Of a stretch of 64,000 bases of DNA, positions 39,197 to 51,392 are shown piece by piece (the first letter of the stretch is position 1; every line of letters begins with the position of its first letter). The stretch is from Phyllosticta citribraziliensis (lineage: Eukaryota): positions 62,001-126,000 of the forward strand of contig NW_027117339.1 of the NCBI RefSeq assembly GCF_038025025.1. Reading direction: 5' to 3'. The notes beneath the pieces were generated by a model that was given only the letters and a program-made list of their open reading frames with translations, was not told the DNA's origin and ran no database searches. Both the position numbers and the translations under genes were made by a program.

Positions 39197-40654
39197 AATC
39201 GAAATCGATTGGAAACTGCCAATATCTTTCCCCCTGGCATCCAGTAGAATGCGGCCATGCAAGCCGGCTTTGGACAACACTTTCAGGATGCTGGACGGTC
39301 GGTCGCGGCGTTGCTGGACATGTTCTCCTTCGCGAAGGTCAGCGATGGAGCTCGTATCAGACTGATGCGAGTACGACAACTATCCGAAGACATCATCACT
39401 CGCGTCAAACCGCGATTGCGAACGGACAGTCATGGCCATCCACAATGACCGTAAGCCGGAGTCTTCCGAGGGCCTGCTGTCAAACGACTGCTCTTTTCCG
39501 GGGCCGTTGCTGACGATGCAGGAACCCCTTGGCTATGCGCCACAGCGTTGTCGGTGCCAGGGAGAGTCATACGGGCAATACGTCTATTTTGTGGAAAGCG
39601 CGGAAACAGACCGATCCAGGGGGGTTATGACGTCTTAACCGCAACAATCCGGCAGAGCAGCCAGCCCCTAGTGGTCTTCTGCACGACATATGTGCTTGGA
39701 AGCAGACACAACCGTTGGTTTAGACAGCGGCGCGTTGCGCGTTGGTTACATGACGAAGCGGGTCGCCGATTCGATTGGCTGGAGAAACGACGGCGTACGA
39801 GACGTGGAAAAAAGGTGCAGGACACGGCAGCGGTAGAATGAATAGAAGTTAGTATGTCAAGCAGCCTTCTAACACTGTTTCAATGAAAGCAATGGTGAAC
39901 TGCTTCAGTGCGCAAAATTCGAAATCACACATCGCCAAACCGTCTTATAGTTTTGGCCTCAAGCGCACTTGCGGTTTGCGGCTGTTTTTCCTGCTAAATC
40001 AAAGGGGAAGGAAGCCTCAGTGGAATAAGAAGCGGGAGTGACAATACAGAGGTGGTGGATTGATTGAATGAATTAAGCTCACGAAGAGTGATGCTAACCA
40101 ACAGGAAGGCCAGGAGGTGCGGATGAACCACACGTACAGCCCCCTTCTCTCTCCCCTGCTTTCTCCCACTCTCTCGCTCTCCTATAATTACCTGTAGCGT
40201 CGACAACACCTCCCTCCAACATTCGGCACATCAGTTAGCGTCAAAGCAAAGTAGCCAACGGTATCCCCGGAGGTCAGGTCAATCACTCAATGCGCCGACT
40301 TATGCTGACCAAAGCTTGAGTAAGAGCGCATGTGTACATATTGTGTGGGCGGCTGAAAGAATGGAGGATCATTTGACAGAAGTCATGGGATGGGTGGAGT
40401 GAGGAGACGACGCGAGTAAGGTTCCTGTCTACTTACTACCAATTTTCAGTTACCAGGACGATCGCAGCCTTCTTGTGAATGTCCGGCATGATTATTCTTG
40501 AGGACACAGGTGGCAGCGAATCATTGTTTGCGTACATTAGCCTATGCAGATATCTACGCACGCAGCAGTCAGTCAGTATAGCTGCGCAGAAGAGGGGTAC
40601 CGTAGAATGACACCAGACGCTCAAGACAATCAAATACAGGACAGCGTAGACAAT

Positions 40655-43600
40655 TCAATCCTCAGACTCATCTTTAATCACAACCGCCCCTTCGGCATCG
40701 CTTTCTGAGCCCTCGCTCTCCATACCAGCCGCAGTCTCAACAACAACCCTCTCTTTGCCGCCGCCCTCCCTCTTAATCTCGACCACCTCCACCCTCTTGC
40801 CTCTAGCCGGCCGCACCTCCGTCGCCGGCACGACCGTCTCAATGCCCATCGGCGCGCCCTCCTCGGGCCCCATGGGCAGCGCCTCGACGTCAATGTCCCA
40901 GTTGAGCAGGCAACGCAGAATGACCTCGGCGCCCGCCTTGCTCATGACGGCGTTGGCCTCCTTGCAGCGCTCGCTGCAGCAGCACTCGAGGCAGCCCTCG
41001 GCGCAGTGGCACGCCGCCAGCCGCTCGGCCGCCTGCCTTAGCAGCAAGTCGACAAAGTCGAACGCCTTGGTGCTGATGCCCGCGCCCGTGCTGCCGCCTT
41101 TGGCGTCGTAGAACGTCAGCCGCGCCGGCCGCTTGCGCGAGCTCTCGCGCGCCGCGAACTCCTTGAGCGCGTTCTTGCACTCGGTCCGCACGTCGTCTGG
41201 CAGGCTGATGACGAAGTTGGGCATCAGCGACAGCACCGCGTGCTCCGCTGCGTGGATTCCCGCCGCCACGTTGAGCCGCCGCGCCTGCAGTATCTCGAGT
41301 GCCCGCTTGGGTACGTCGAGCCACATGCCGCGCGAGTGCAGCACGATGGGTGGGTTGTCCACCGACACGGCGTCCAGCACCCGCCGCCGCTTGTCCACCT
41401 TGAAGAAGCCAAACACGACCTGCTTGATGCGGATGGGCCCGTAAAAGGCGCGGGAGGCCGAGCCGGGGATGCGGCGGATGGCCTCCGTCTCGATGGGGTC
41501 GACGTCCGTGTAGTCGCGCTGCTGCGTCGTCCAGTCGACCTTGACGTGCTCGACCTTGGCAATCATCTGCTCCTGCGAGAACTCCTTGACCAGATACGTG
41601 TAGCCCTGGTGCAAGAAGATGCCACCTTCGTAAATCGTGAAGAAGGCGCGCGACGCCTCGAGGTCTTCCAGGACGACGTTGCGATTATTGGTCGTGTCGA
41701 TGATGGCAAAGTGTTCCTCTTCCGTGTCTCGAATCGTTACGTGCTGAGATGGCCGCGGGAGGAATCGCTCATTGGTGTGGTAAAAGCCGAGGGGATCTTT
41801 GCGCAGCCGTTCGGCGGCGATGCTGGCAAGGCGTGGTCCAAAGTAGAATTCGTCTTCTTCTGGGCGGATTGGCATTTCGTGCGCTGCGCACTGGACATGT
41901 CCTTCCAGGCACAGCATGTTGTCGAGGTCGACCTGAAGCTCGGCGTTTGGCTTGGTAAAGATTTCGTCCGGATTCTGCATAAAGTACTGATCGGTTGGGA
42001 AGCTATCGCCCACCAATACTGATAATGAGTCTTTGTTTCGGCGTCCGGCACGACCACTCTGTTGCCGCAGGTTGGCAATGGTATAGGGGAAACCAACGGT
42101 GAGGACGGCGTCAAGGGATCCAATGTCCACTCCAAGCTCGAGAGCATTCGTCGCAACGATTCCCACGAGCTTCCCGTCAAACATTTCCTTTTCGATTTGT
42201 CTTCGATCCTGAGGCGTGTAGCCTCCTCGGTATGCCATGACTCTGTTCATGACTTCTGGCTTTTCGAGCTTGTTGAGCTCTGTCTTGACGGAGCTGATCA
42301 AGGCCTCGCACTGCTTTCTGACTCGGCAAAAAGCAATCACTCTCACACCTCTCAGGATGAGTTGGCAGAATAGCTTGGCCGCCTCCGCAAAGGTGTCTCC
42401 TCGACCAGAGGTTGGATCTCCGGGGTCTTTGTATGGCGTGTTCCAGCACAAGAATTCCTTTCGTCCAGAGGGCGAGCCATCAAAGTCGGTGAGCTTGACC
42501 TGGTCCACCCCGAAGATTGTCTTCATGTGCTCTTCGGGGTTGGAAACCGTCGCCGAGCAAGAAATAAACTTGACGTGCCGATTGCCCACCGCGGCGCAAA
42601 TCCTTCGAAGTCGTCTCATGATGAAGGCGACGTGTGATCCAAATAGCCCGTTGTAGACATGGAGCTCATCCACCACGACGTATTTCAAATTCTTCAAGAA
42701 CGTCCTCCAAGATTCCTCCTGGGGAAGGATGGTTATGTGCAGCATATCGGGGTTGGTAAAGATGATGCGGGCTGCGTCGCGAATATAGTTACGATCCGCA
42801 AAGGCCGTGTCGCCGTCAAAGGTTTCGACAAGAACATCCTGTAGTCCCGGCATGAATCGGAGCATCTCCTTCAAGCTTCGGCGTTGATCCTGAGCCAGTG
42901 CCTTGGTGGGGAATATGTACATGGCTCGTGTGTCTGGTTCTTTTTCCAATTCATGCAAGACCGGGATTTGATAAATGAGAGACTTTCCAGAAGAAGTCGA
43001 AGTGGACACTATGACGTTGTGGCCATCGTGCAAGTTGTTGATGGCTTCTGCTTGATGAGCGTACAACTGGGTAATGTTTCGAGTGTTGTACAAAGCGTTC
43101 ACCAAGTTTTGAGAGAGTTCAAACTTCAGGTCCCCGTAGAGTGGAGGCTGTGGATCAAAAACACGGTGACCGTCGGGTACAATCTGACTGGTATACCACT
43201 CGAGCGATTTGATTTCTGTTACAATTTCTGGAATCGTCTTGCGCTCCGATGGAATAATCGGTGGTAGCTTTGACCTGTCACTAGGGCCTGGAGTTGCACT
43301 TCGGCTCTCGGATGGGATGGGGAGGTAGGAGAGGTATTCGTCCTGTAGCTTGGAGACGGGATCAACTTCTTGCTCCGCGCAGTCGTTGAGAAACTGGTTG
43401 ACGGCGGATTTGAACTTTGTATTGCGTTTCTCGATCCAATTCATCATCTGTTTTTGGCTGAATACGGGCATCTTCAAGTCCTCTCCCCTGAGGGTCCGGG
43501 TGACCTTGGTTGGTTCGCCCGTCTTTTTGCTCTGGACTTGGCGCTTCATGTCGCCGTCCACAAACTCGAAGAGCAATACCTCACGGCCCTCTGTCTTTTC

Positions 43601-44173
43601 TCTCTCCGACGGATCCTCAATCCGGAACTCATTTGCCCTCCGCCCAGTCATGTTGTCCTCCGACCCCATCAGGTTGACCTGCAGCATCGCTTCGTCGACG
43701 TAGCCAAAGTTGATTGCACGTGGCACCAAAGCCTTGATCTGCGCAACATCATCGATGAGCAGCTCCCGCTTGATGTGTCCCTCGACCGTACTCTTGATGT
43801 TGTCCAAGGTTGTGGCGAATTGCTTGCGCGTGCAGCAAAAGGTGTAGACGAGGTTCAAGGCGCGGTAAACTTGTTGCAGCTTCGTGAAGTGCTCTGGCCA
43901 TGGTACCGTCGATTCGACGAAGCTCGAGGATTCGTGTCGGAGATTTGGGTTTGTGGAGTTTCCATCGCTCTTTTTGGAGCGTCGCGGTTTCTTGCCACCA
44001 TCGTCCGTCTTTGTGGGGACTGTCGTCGAAGTGGAGCTCGAGGCTGCGTCGGGCGCGTTGGTTTCCCCAGCCTGTACCTGTTCCTCTGTAGCCGTGTCAG
44101 GTTGCACCTTGCGCTTGCGCTTCCTCGGAGTGATGGTTTTGTTGGTGAGGCTTGCAGCTTGTAGCCTCACCAT
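40655..44173 (-). CDS. HRQ1: Hrq1 / RECQL4-like DEAH helicase with C-terminal DUF1998 Zn-binding domain, single exon
   Basis: LYAHQAEA, STSTSSGKSL, FPTKALAQDQ, TNPDMLH, VVDELH, SCSAT, ATNALELGVDIG, QQSGRAGR, C.C..GC..C motif. First ATG at 44173. Confidence 0.93.
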   Translation of the reverse strand: MVRLQAASLTNKTITPRKRKRKVQPDTATEEQVQAGETNAPDAASSSTSTTVPTKTDDGGKKPRRSKKSDGNSTNPNLRHESSSFVESTVPWPEHFTKLQQVYRALNLVYTFCCTRKQFATTLDNIKSTVEGHIKRELLIDDVAQIKALVPRAINFGYVDEAMLQVNLMGSEDNMTGRRANEFRIEDPSEREKTEGREVLLFEFVDGDMKRQVQSKKTGEPTKVTRTLRGEDLKMPVFSQKQMMNWIEKRNTKFKSAVNQFLNDCAEQEVDPVSKLQDEYLSYLPIPSESRSATPGPSDRSKLPPIIPSERKTIPEIVTEIKSLEWYTSQIVPDGHRVFDPQPPLYGDLKFELSQNLVNALYNTRNITQLYAHQAEAINNLHDGHNVIVSTSTSSGKSLIYQIPVLHELEKEPDTRAMYIFPTKALAQDQRRSLKEMLRFMPGLQDVLVETFDGDTAFADRNYIRDAARIIFTNPDMLHITILPQEESWRTFLKNLKYVVVDELHVYNGLFGSHVAFIMRRLRRICAAVGNRHVKFISCSATVSNPEEHMKTIFGVDQVKLTDFDGSPSGRKEFLCWNTPYKDPGDPTSGRGDTFAEAAKLFCQLILRGVRVIAFCRVRKQCEALISSVKTELNKLEKPEVMNRVMAYRGGYTPQDRRQIEKEMFDGKLVGIVATNALELGVDIGSLDAVLTVGFPYTIANLRQQSGRAGRRNKDSLSVLVGDSFPTDQYFMQNPDEIFTKPNAELQVDLDNMLCLEGHVQCAAHEMPIRPEEDEFYFGPRLASIAAERLRKDPLGFYHTNERFLPRPSQHVTIRDTEEEHFAIIDTTNNRNVVLEDLEASRAFFTIYEGGIFLHQGYTYLVKEFSQEQMIAKVEHVKVDWTTQQRDYTDVDPIETEAIRRIPGSASRAFYGPIRIKQVVFGFFKVDKRRRVLDAVSVDNPPIVLHSRGMWLDVPKRALEILQARRLNVAAGIHAAEHAVLSLMPNFVISLPDDVRTECKNALKEFAARESSRKRPARLTFYDAKGGSTGAGISTKAFDFVDLLLRQAAERLAACHCAEGCLECCCSERCKEANAVMSKAGAEVILRCLLNWDIDVEALPMGPEEGAPMGIETVVPATEVRPARGKRVEVVEIKREGGGKERVVVETAAGMESEGSESDAEGAVVIKDESED

Positions 44174-44615
44174 GATCAGGATGTGTGGTGTTGAAGGACG
44201 GAGCGTCGGCTCGGATGATGTAGCTTTGGGGCTAACAATCCCAGTCGGTGGCAAAGTTTGCGAGTCGTTTTGACTTTTCCCGCATCGAAAAATCGTGATA
44301 CTGACTGTTTTGAGGGTTCTGATGAAGCACTTGCAAGGTAGAAAGTCAGTCTAAGAAGTGCAGCTGGACAGCTGTCGCGGTCGCGCGTTCTCACGTGGGG
44401 AAGACAGGGATTCCCGTCGCGCAGCAGATCTGCCGCGAGCTGCGTTGCCTCGAGAGCTCTCCCAGACCGCAATCAAAACACACACTTTGGAACGGCAATC
44501 TTCTTCACCAACGCCTTCCCACCTTCACACGTCCAGAAACATGATCGCATAAGGCAACACATCCTTTCCGCCCAACCCCTCGCCGCACTCGTTGCCGACG
44601 CCGGTCCACACGACA
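44174..44615. promoter_or_regulatory. HRQ1-ORC4 bidirectional promoter with clustered CGCG (MCB-like) cores
   Basis: gtcgcggtcgcgcgtt at 44374-44389, CGCG at 44418 and 44434, CACGTG at 44392. Confidence 0.45.
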
Positions 44616-46967
44616 ATGGTCAACTCGCGATCCTCAAAGCGCAGAAAGTTGAGCCCACCTGAAGAGGACCCTCCTGCCACCACCAATGGCGCCTCTCCGA
44701 CTACCAGCACGCCAGGCACTGGAAAATTGAAGCGACCGACAAAGCGCAGCGGATTGTTGTCGAGGGAGGAAGAGAGAGAAAACGGAACAGCAAGCGCCTC
44801 GACGCCCAGGAGAAGATCCGGCAGACATTTGAACGATCCCGACATCTACGATGATATTGATGGCGCCTTCGGAGAGTCTCCTACTCAACAATTGTTGAGC
44901 GAGGCCAAAAGCTCTGCTTCGAAAAAGACCCCCGCGTACTCCAGAGCGCGCACCAGGACAACTCGCGCCAACACGAACGGATCGCGTGGTACGCCAAATG
45001 GTGACATTTTGGGAGAGGAAACTGAGAGAAAGGACCAAAAAACCCCATCCAAAACGCGATCGGGACCACAAAATGGCGAGCCTGGAAACTCGGAGGCTGG
45101 AACGGATAAAGTCGACAAGCAACTTAAAGAAGCACCATCTGGAGGCAGACGCAGTGGTGCACAGAAGTCTTCAGCGGGGAAATCGGCCAAGGAAACCCCA
45201 AGCTCCAAATCACAAAAGACCCCTTCGAAAGGCGACACATCGGCCAGGTCTACACGTTCAACCAAGGAAGAAACTCATACAAATGGAATCAGCTTGGGAT
45301 CTTCTGACGAATTAGAAGGGCCTCTCACCAGCCCCAAGGCGACGCCGAAGAAACAAACACCAAAGATAAAGCCAAGCCCGTCGAGAACTACATCCATCAG
45401 AAAAAGTTCAACAAGGAAGGAGTCAGCTATTTTGGGGCTTGTTGAAGATTCGGACAACGAGGTATCCACGACCACACCACGGGCCAGCGGGTTGTCGACT
45501 ACTCCGAAGAGAAAGAGTTCAGTGAAAAAGACTCCTGCTCGCGACTCGGGCAAATTGCCCTCCTTGGAAGACCTGACAGCTTTGAAGTGCCTTGTTTTGG
45601 ACAGGATATCGGGGAGAAACTCCATCCCATTGGTCGGACTTGAGGAAGAATACAAAAAAGTGTACTCGCTGGTGGAGCAAACCATCAACTCGGGCGAGGG
45701 CAACTCGATGCTCGTCATTGGCGCTCGAGGAAGCGGCAAAACAGCACTGGTCAACAAAGTGCTGGGGGAGATTTCCAAAGAGCAGAGGCAAGACTTTCAC
45801 GTCATTCGGCTGAGCGGCTTCGTCCACACAGACGACAAGCTTGCGCTTCGGGAGATATGGAGGCAGCTGGGCAAAGAAATGGACATTGAGGACGACAGCA
45901 TGGGCAAGAATTACGCCGACACGCTGGCCACGTTGCTCGCGCTGCTGTCCCATCCCTCTGAACTGGCAGGCGAGGAGTCAAATGAGATTGCCAAGGCCGT
46001 CGTCTTTGTCATGGACGAGTTCGACTTGTTTGCGTCGCATCCCCGGCAGACGCTCCTTTACAACCTGTTTGACATTGCGCAGTCGAGAAAGGCGCCCATT
46101 GCCGTTCTCGGTCTCACTACGAGGATCGGGGTTTCTGAGAACCTGGAGAAGCGCGTCAAGAGCAGGTTCAGCCACCGCTACGTGCATCTCTCGCTGGCCA
46201 AGAGCTTCACGTCGTTCCAGGAGATTTGCAAGGCGGCGTTGACGGTTGACGCTGAGGAGCTTGGTGGGTCCGACGCGGCGATTCCCAGCCGTTGGAACAA
46301 GTCAATCGAGGTAAAACCACCCTCCCCTTCTTTCACAAGATCTGCAGCTGACGAGCCCCAGACGCTCTTCTCGACGCCCGACTTTCTCACTTCGCAGCTG
46401 CTCCCGCACTACCAGCTCAACAAGTCGGTCCCCTCGGCCCTCTCCGCCTTCTACCTGCCCACGGCGTCCCTGACGCCAACGACATTCCCCCTGCAACCCT
46501 CACACTTTGCATCCAACGCCAACCTCACCAACACACTGCTGCTGCACGCGCCAGACTCGAAGCTCGCCCTGCTGCCCTCGCTATCGGAGCTGCAACTGGC
46601 GCTGCTCATCGCGGCGGCGCGCCTCGACGTCATCCACGACACGGACACGTGCAACTTCAACATGGCGTACGCCGAGTACGCGGCGCTGGCGGCGTCGGCC
46701 AAGCTCGCGTCGGCGGCTGGCGGCGCGCTGGCCAGCGGCATCAAGGTGTGGGGCCGCGAGGTGGCGCGCGGCGAGTGGGAGCGGCTGGTGCAGTGGGAGC
46801 TGCTGCTGCCCGTCGTCGCCAACGTGGTCGGGGGAGGCGGCGCGGCGGCCAGGGGCGGCGGCGTCGGCGACACGGCCATGGTTAGGTGCGACGTCGCGAT
46901 GGAGGAGATTGCGCCCAGTGTGCCGGGGATGGAGCGCGTTATGGAGAGGTGGTGTCGGCAGATTTAG
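44616..46967 (+). CDS. ORC4: Origin recognition complex subunit 4; one 51-nt in-frame intron (~46311-46361)
   Basis: Long low-complexity basic N-terminus, then GEGNSMLVIGARGSGKT, RLSGFVHTDDKLALREIWRQL, VMDEFDLFASHPRQTLLYNLFD, LEKRVKSRFSHR. Intron GTAAAA..GCTGAC..CAG. Confidence 0.95.
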   Translation: MVNSRSSKRRKLSPPEEDPPATTNGASPTTSTPGTGKLKRPTKRSGLLSREEERENGTASASTPRRRSGRHLNDPDIYDDIDGAFGESPTQQLLSEAKSSASKKTPAYSRARTRTTRANTNGSRGTPNGDILGEETERKDQKTPSKTRSGPQNGEPGNSEAGTDKVDKQLKEAPSGGRRSGAQKSSAGKSAKETPSSKSQKTPSKGDTSARSTRSTKEETHTNGISLGSSDELEGPLTSPKATPKKQTPKIKPSPSRTTSIRKSSTRKESAILGLVEDSDNEVSTTTPRASGLSTTPKRKSSVKKTPARDSGKLPSLEDLTALKCLVLDRISGRNSIPLVGLEEEYKKVYSLVEQTINSGEGNSMLVIGARGSGKTALVNKVLGEISKEQRQDFHVIRLSGFVHTDDKLALREIWRQLGKEMDIEDDSMGKNYADTLATLLALLSHPSELAGEESNEIAKAVVFVMDEFDLFASHPRQTLLYNLFDIAQSRKAPIAVLGLTTRIGVSENLEKRVKSRFSHRYVHLSLAKSFTSFQEICKAALTVDAEELGGSDAAIPSRWNKSIEVKPPSPSFTRSAADEPQTLFSTPDFLTSQLLPHYQLNKSVPSALSAFYLPTASLTPTTFPLQPSHFASNANLTNTLLLHAPDSKLALLPSLSELQLALLIAAARLDVIHDTDTCNFNMAYAEYAALAASAKLASAAGGALASGIKVWGREVARGEWERLVQWELLLPVVANVVGGGGAAARGGGVGDTAMVRCDVAMEEIAPSVPGMERVMERWCRQI

Positions 46968-47210
46968 ATGGGTGGACGTTGGGGATGAGGGACTGGTGCT
47001 TGCACACATTTTGGCATGGTTGGAGCATTGGCGGCGTTTGAAGTAAGCATTGAGGCTGCATACCTAGATATCCGGGCAGGCAGGCAAGCATAACCAAAAG
47101 CATGACAGAACTAATCAAGAAAGTAATTCAATTCGAAGACCAACCCACACCCCCTCCCAGTCCTCTCCCTTTTTCTCTCCCCAAAACAAACACCCGCTAC
47201 GCTACGGCAC

Positions 47211-47630
47211 TCAAATCTTGCTAACAGCGACGTTGCCGCCGACGCCCTCGCCAATCAAAAAGGTCGGCTCCTTGTTGGAGAAGTTGGCGACGTCGGCCAT
47301 GACGGGGCCGGCGGCCTGCGTGACGGCGTTGTCCCAGGCGGCGCGGTCCGGGAACTCGAGCAGGCACATGACGCTGTAGGGGGCGGGGTCGCCGGTGGCG
47401 GTGGAGAGGAGTCTGCGGTGGTGAGTTGGGTGACGTGAAGGTGGGAAGGTTGGGTGTTGTGGTGATGGGGGGAATGGGGAGAGACGTTACTTTTGCACGC
47501 GGTAGCCGATCAGGCCGTGCTGGCCAAAGTGCTGCTGCGCCAGCGGCATGTGCGTCTGCAGGTAGTATTCCATGTTGAAGGTTGCGTCTTGGACGTTGGG
47601 GTAGAGGACGGTGATGGTGACGGGCGCCAT
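47211..47630 (-). CDS. EthD-family dimeric alpha/beta-barrel protein, 2 exons (47630-47491, 47412-47211)
   Basis: MAPVTITVLYP....FNMEYYLQTHMPL, ...PYSVMCLLEF, VMADVANFSNKEP. C-terminus ..VAVSKI*. Confidence 0.85.
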
Positions 47631-50600
47631 GGTTGGTGGTGTTGATTGGTGGTGGGCTGAGCGCTGTGGATTGATTCTGCTCGTTTTTCTTTCTTTGATC
47701 ACGACGATGTGAAGGGACCCGACAGTTTTGTTTGCGCGTCTGGGGGTTTGGCTGAGATTGATGTCGAGTGGATGGCGGCGGAAGAGTAGGTGGGTCGTGA
47801 CGAAGAGGAGGAGGAGGGGTTATGGGGATGACCTCGCGGTGTCAGCCAATGTCAGCCGGTCGATCAATCAATCACTCAATCAATCAGTCAGTCAAGTAAT
47901 CAGTCCATCTAAGCTTCCGCCTTCCGTCCAACAGTCCCAGATGCGATCCGGATGGGCGAGCTTCTCCTCACGACGCGGTTTGCTCTTTGGGCGGGCACAG
48001 CCGCGGCACGACGAGGCTTCAGGTGGGGCAGCAAGCAGCTCGACAGCTCCCCTCGTCGTCGGCGCTGCGGGGTAGCTTGCTTGCTTGCTTGCTTGCTCGC
48101 TCGAGACGGGTTCAACCTTTCTCGCCGGCTGCAGGCGGCCAAGGGTCTTGATTTTGACTTTGAAAGTTTCATGGCGGGCGATGGATGCAGCTAGGTACGT
48201 ACATGGCGTTGGGTCGATGCGATTGCCAACACCATTGGTGAAGCGGCTACGTTGGCTCGACGGGGATTCGGCCAAGTCCGTCCCCCGACAAACCCACGTT
48301 GATGAAGGATGGATGGAGCGGAGACTTCAAGGTGTTTAACGGATAAATACAAGCACGCAAACTTTGACGCCATCATCTATCTCGCGATGGCTCATCTCCA
48401 CCCGCGATCAATCCCAGACGGGCGGACGCCAAGCAACTGCAGCTCCCGATCCGCCCTTGGCACCCGCTGCCCGCTCCGCCAGCCACCACATCATCCATCT
48501 CCCGTCCAACTTCAGCTCCGCGCTTAGTTGCCGCAAGCCACGACAAGTCACAGCATGCTTGAGACGACGATGACGACGACCTAAGTCCCCACCGCGCACG
48601 GCGAGCTGAACAGAAAACTGCCGCCGCAGCACCAACCCAACATGTCAAACACGCCCTTTGTTCGGCCGAGTCTGTGTCGGCGACCGCCATGCCATGGCAC
48701 CTTGGAGTCCTCGTAGCAGCCAACTAGCCAGTAGCAGCAGCATTGCCCACCGCACGGCACCCAAGCAAGACGGCGCGCAAGACACGGACCGAGGAGCAGC
48801 GAGACGAGGCAGAGACACTGCCAACACCGCAGCAGCATCACATCAGCATCAAATCAACATCAGGCAGACGGCTAAACTCATCCATCACCTATCAATCAAT
48901 CACCACCTCAGGTCCTTCACTTAGCACGCCCCATTGGTTGCACGACCCCAGCCTGGCTGCGTCGCACTTCCGATGGATGGCTTTGGTCGTTGCGTTTGCG
49001 TTCCTCGGTCGTGCATGCGCCTCCTTCGGTGCCACTTCAGCCACCACCGCCAGCACCACCACCACGCGCGCGCGTTGCTTGCCTGCCTTGCCTTAGCAAG
49101 ATCGCCGGGGGCTGAAATCTCCGTGTAATGGTGGCTGCAAGGCTACACCCGCCGCCGTCCGCTCCAGACGACGAAGTTTGCGAGCAACAACAAGGCGCGA
49201 TTCTGGCGGGTTGGCAAAAGAGCTAGGAGAAAATGTCTTGACAGAATGCGTGCCGGCTTCTCTCTCGTCCAATCAGTCCTATATTCCAAGGAAGTTTTCA
49301 ACGCCCCTTTTTTCTTTCTCTCTTCCTTCGTTCTAGTCTCGTCACCCCATTCCTGCACGCGACCATCCATCCACCTTGTTTTCCCCGTTCGTCCACCCAT
49401 CCATCCATTCATCGACACGGGCAAGCGGTACTCCCGTACCCCGCAGGATCTGACAGGACGGACAAACAGCCCCAGTACCCACACTCCACTGTCTTTCCCA
49501 ACCCCAACCAACAACCTCTCACAGCGTATGGTGATGGTCCCGGATACTCGGGGGGCCAAAATGCCCTCATGCCCATGCCCCATGCCTCTTGCCCCATGTC
49601 CTCCCCTTTCTGTCCCCCTCCCTGCCCGCCGCCCTGCCTCCCATCCATCCCTCCCTCCACAGCACCCCACACACGCCCCATGTGTGTATGTGTGTACCCA
49701 CCGCAGGATCACATTCTACGTCACAACGGCTCTGGCGCTCGCTGCTCGCTCTCAACTGCCTCGACCTGCGCCGCCAACGCCAATGCCGGCGCCAAGCGAC
49801 GCACAAGAGCACGCACGCACGCACGCACGGGAGCCAAGAATGCTTGCGCGCATGAACCACCGCGCTGAGAGACGATACACATGTCGCACCGAACCGCTTG
49901 CTTGCGCGCGTGTGCCACACAGCAATGGCAGTGTGTGTGAGGGACTACGTACACCAGGCTCGGCCAAGAGCTGCGCCGAGAGTGTGGCTGGCTGGCTGGC
50001 TGCCACGAACGGCGCTGCCGCTGCCGCTACCGGCGGGTGGGCGGGCGGGCGGCGCGTTGTTGTGCCACACCTACGTACTCACCACACACTCACCACTCAC
50101 AATCAGCCAGAGGAAAGCAAAGCTAAGCAAAGTGGAGATAGGATGGTCGACCTGACTGCCACCACGAGCGAGAAAACAAGCAAACAAGCAAGCAACCTCC
50201 GCAGCCCAGCCCAGCCCAGCCTAGCCCAGCGCAGCTCAGCTCAGCTCAGCTCAGCATAACGCATCGAAGGCGGCAGAAAGAAAGAAAGAAAGACAAAGAC
50301 AGATATGACGACGGACGGGCACTCGAAACATGACCAGTCTCCCTACCTACATCTACATGTCTGCCTCCATGTACTCTTCTGCTCGCAGAGACTCAGGCAG
50401 GCAGGCAGGCAGACAAACCTACCCACCTACCAACCAACCTACCTACATGTAGTAGTAGTCCGCACAACAACCACCATCTCCACGCCAAGAAAAAACTGGT
50501 GCTGCAAGACACGCACGCAGAGCTTCGTTCTGCTCAGCTTCGCTCAGCTCGGCTCGTTCGTTCGTTCGCTCGTTCGTTCGCTCGCTCGCTGTAGCCTTCT

Positions 50601-51061
50601 CTACCGCCGCCGCCGCCGCCCTGCGTGCATGCATTCGTGCATGCACACCTGCATTCATGACTATAATGCATGTTTTTGCTTGCTCGTTTCATCGTTTACC
50701 CCATGTACTGTACTATACCCCTTGCATACATACACACCCCATACATACATACATACCAATCAATCCATATCCATCAGTCAGCCCCCGCAGTCCCACACCA
50801 CCAACCATCTGGCATCCATCTTTCAGCCTGCCTGCCTGCCTGCCTATCCCCATACCCACTCGCCCGGTGCCAGCTCCGCTTCCCGCCCATCTACCCATGT
50901 ATCTGCCCTGTGCTGCCGCCGCCGCCCACAACCACAATCACCATCACATTCACACACGACGCCAAGACGAGACGACACACAGTGGTGGTGGTAGTCATCA
51001 TGACAAGCGTACTGCGTATGTAGTAGTATATGCATATGGCTTATCATTCCCCAACCATGGT

Positions 51062-51392
51062 CTACTACTACTGCTACTACTGCTACTACTACTACTACCA
51101 CCACCACCACCACTACCGCTCTGATGCTATCCCGTCCAATCGAACCCAATGATGACAATGACAATGATGATGATGATGATTATGCACAAATACAAGTAAA
51201 GCAGGATGATGATGATGATGATGATGATGACCACCACGGGGTACCACTGCTGGTGATGATGATGGAGGGCGATGATGAAGGGGGAAGGGGGGTATCTTGA
51301 CGAACGACAACTGACTTGACTGGCCGACTGGCCGACTAAACCAACAGCAACGAAACTAAAAAGGGAAAAGGAAAAAAAAAAAAAAAAAAAAA
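51062..51392. repeat. Compound microsatellite cluster: (CTA)n, (CCA)n, (ATG)n and poly(A)
   Basis: Seen directly at 51062-51112, 51147-51230 and 51373-51392. Confidence 0.9.

Noticed and set aside
49246..50994. 337-aa and 229-aa ORFs in the EthD-acyltransferase intergenic region
   Set aside because: Translations of simple repeats with no protein-like composition.
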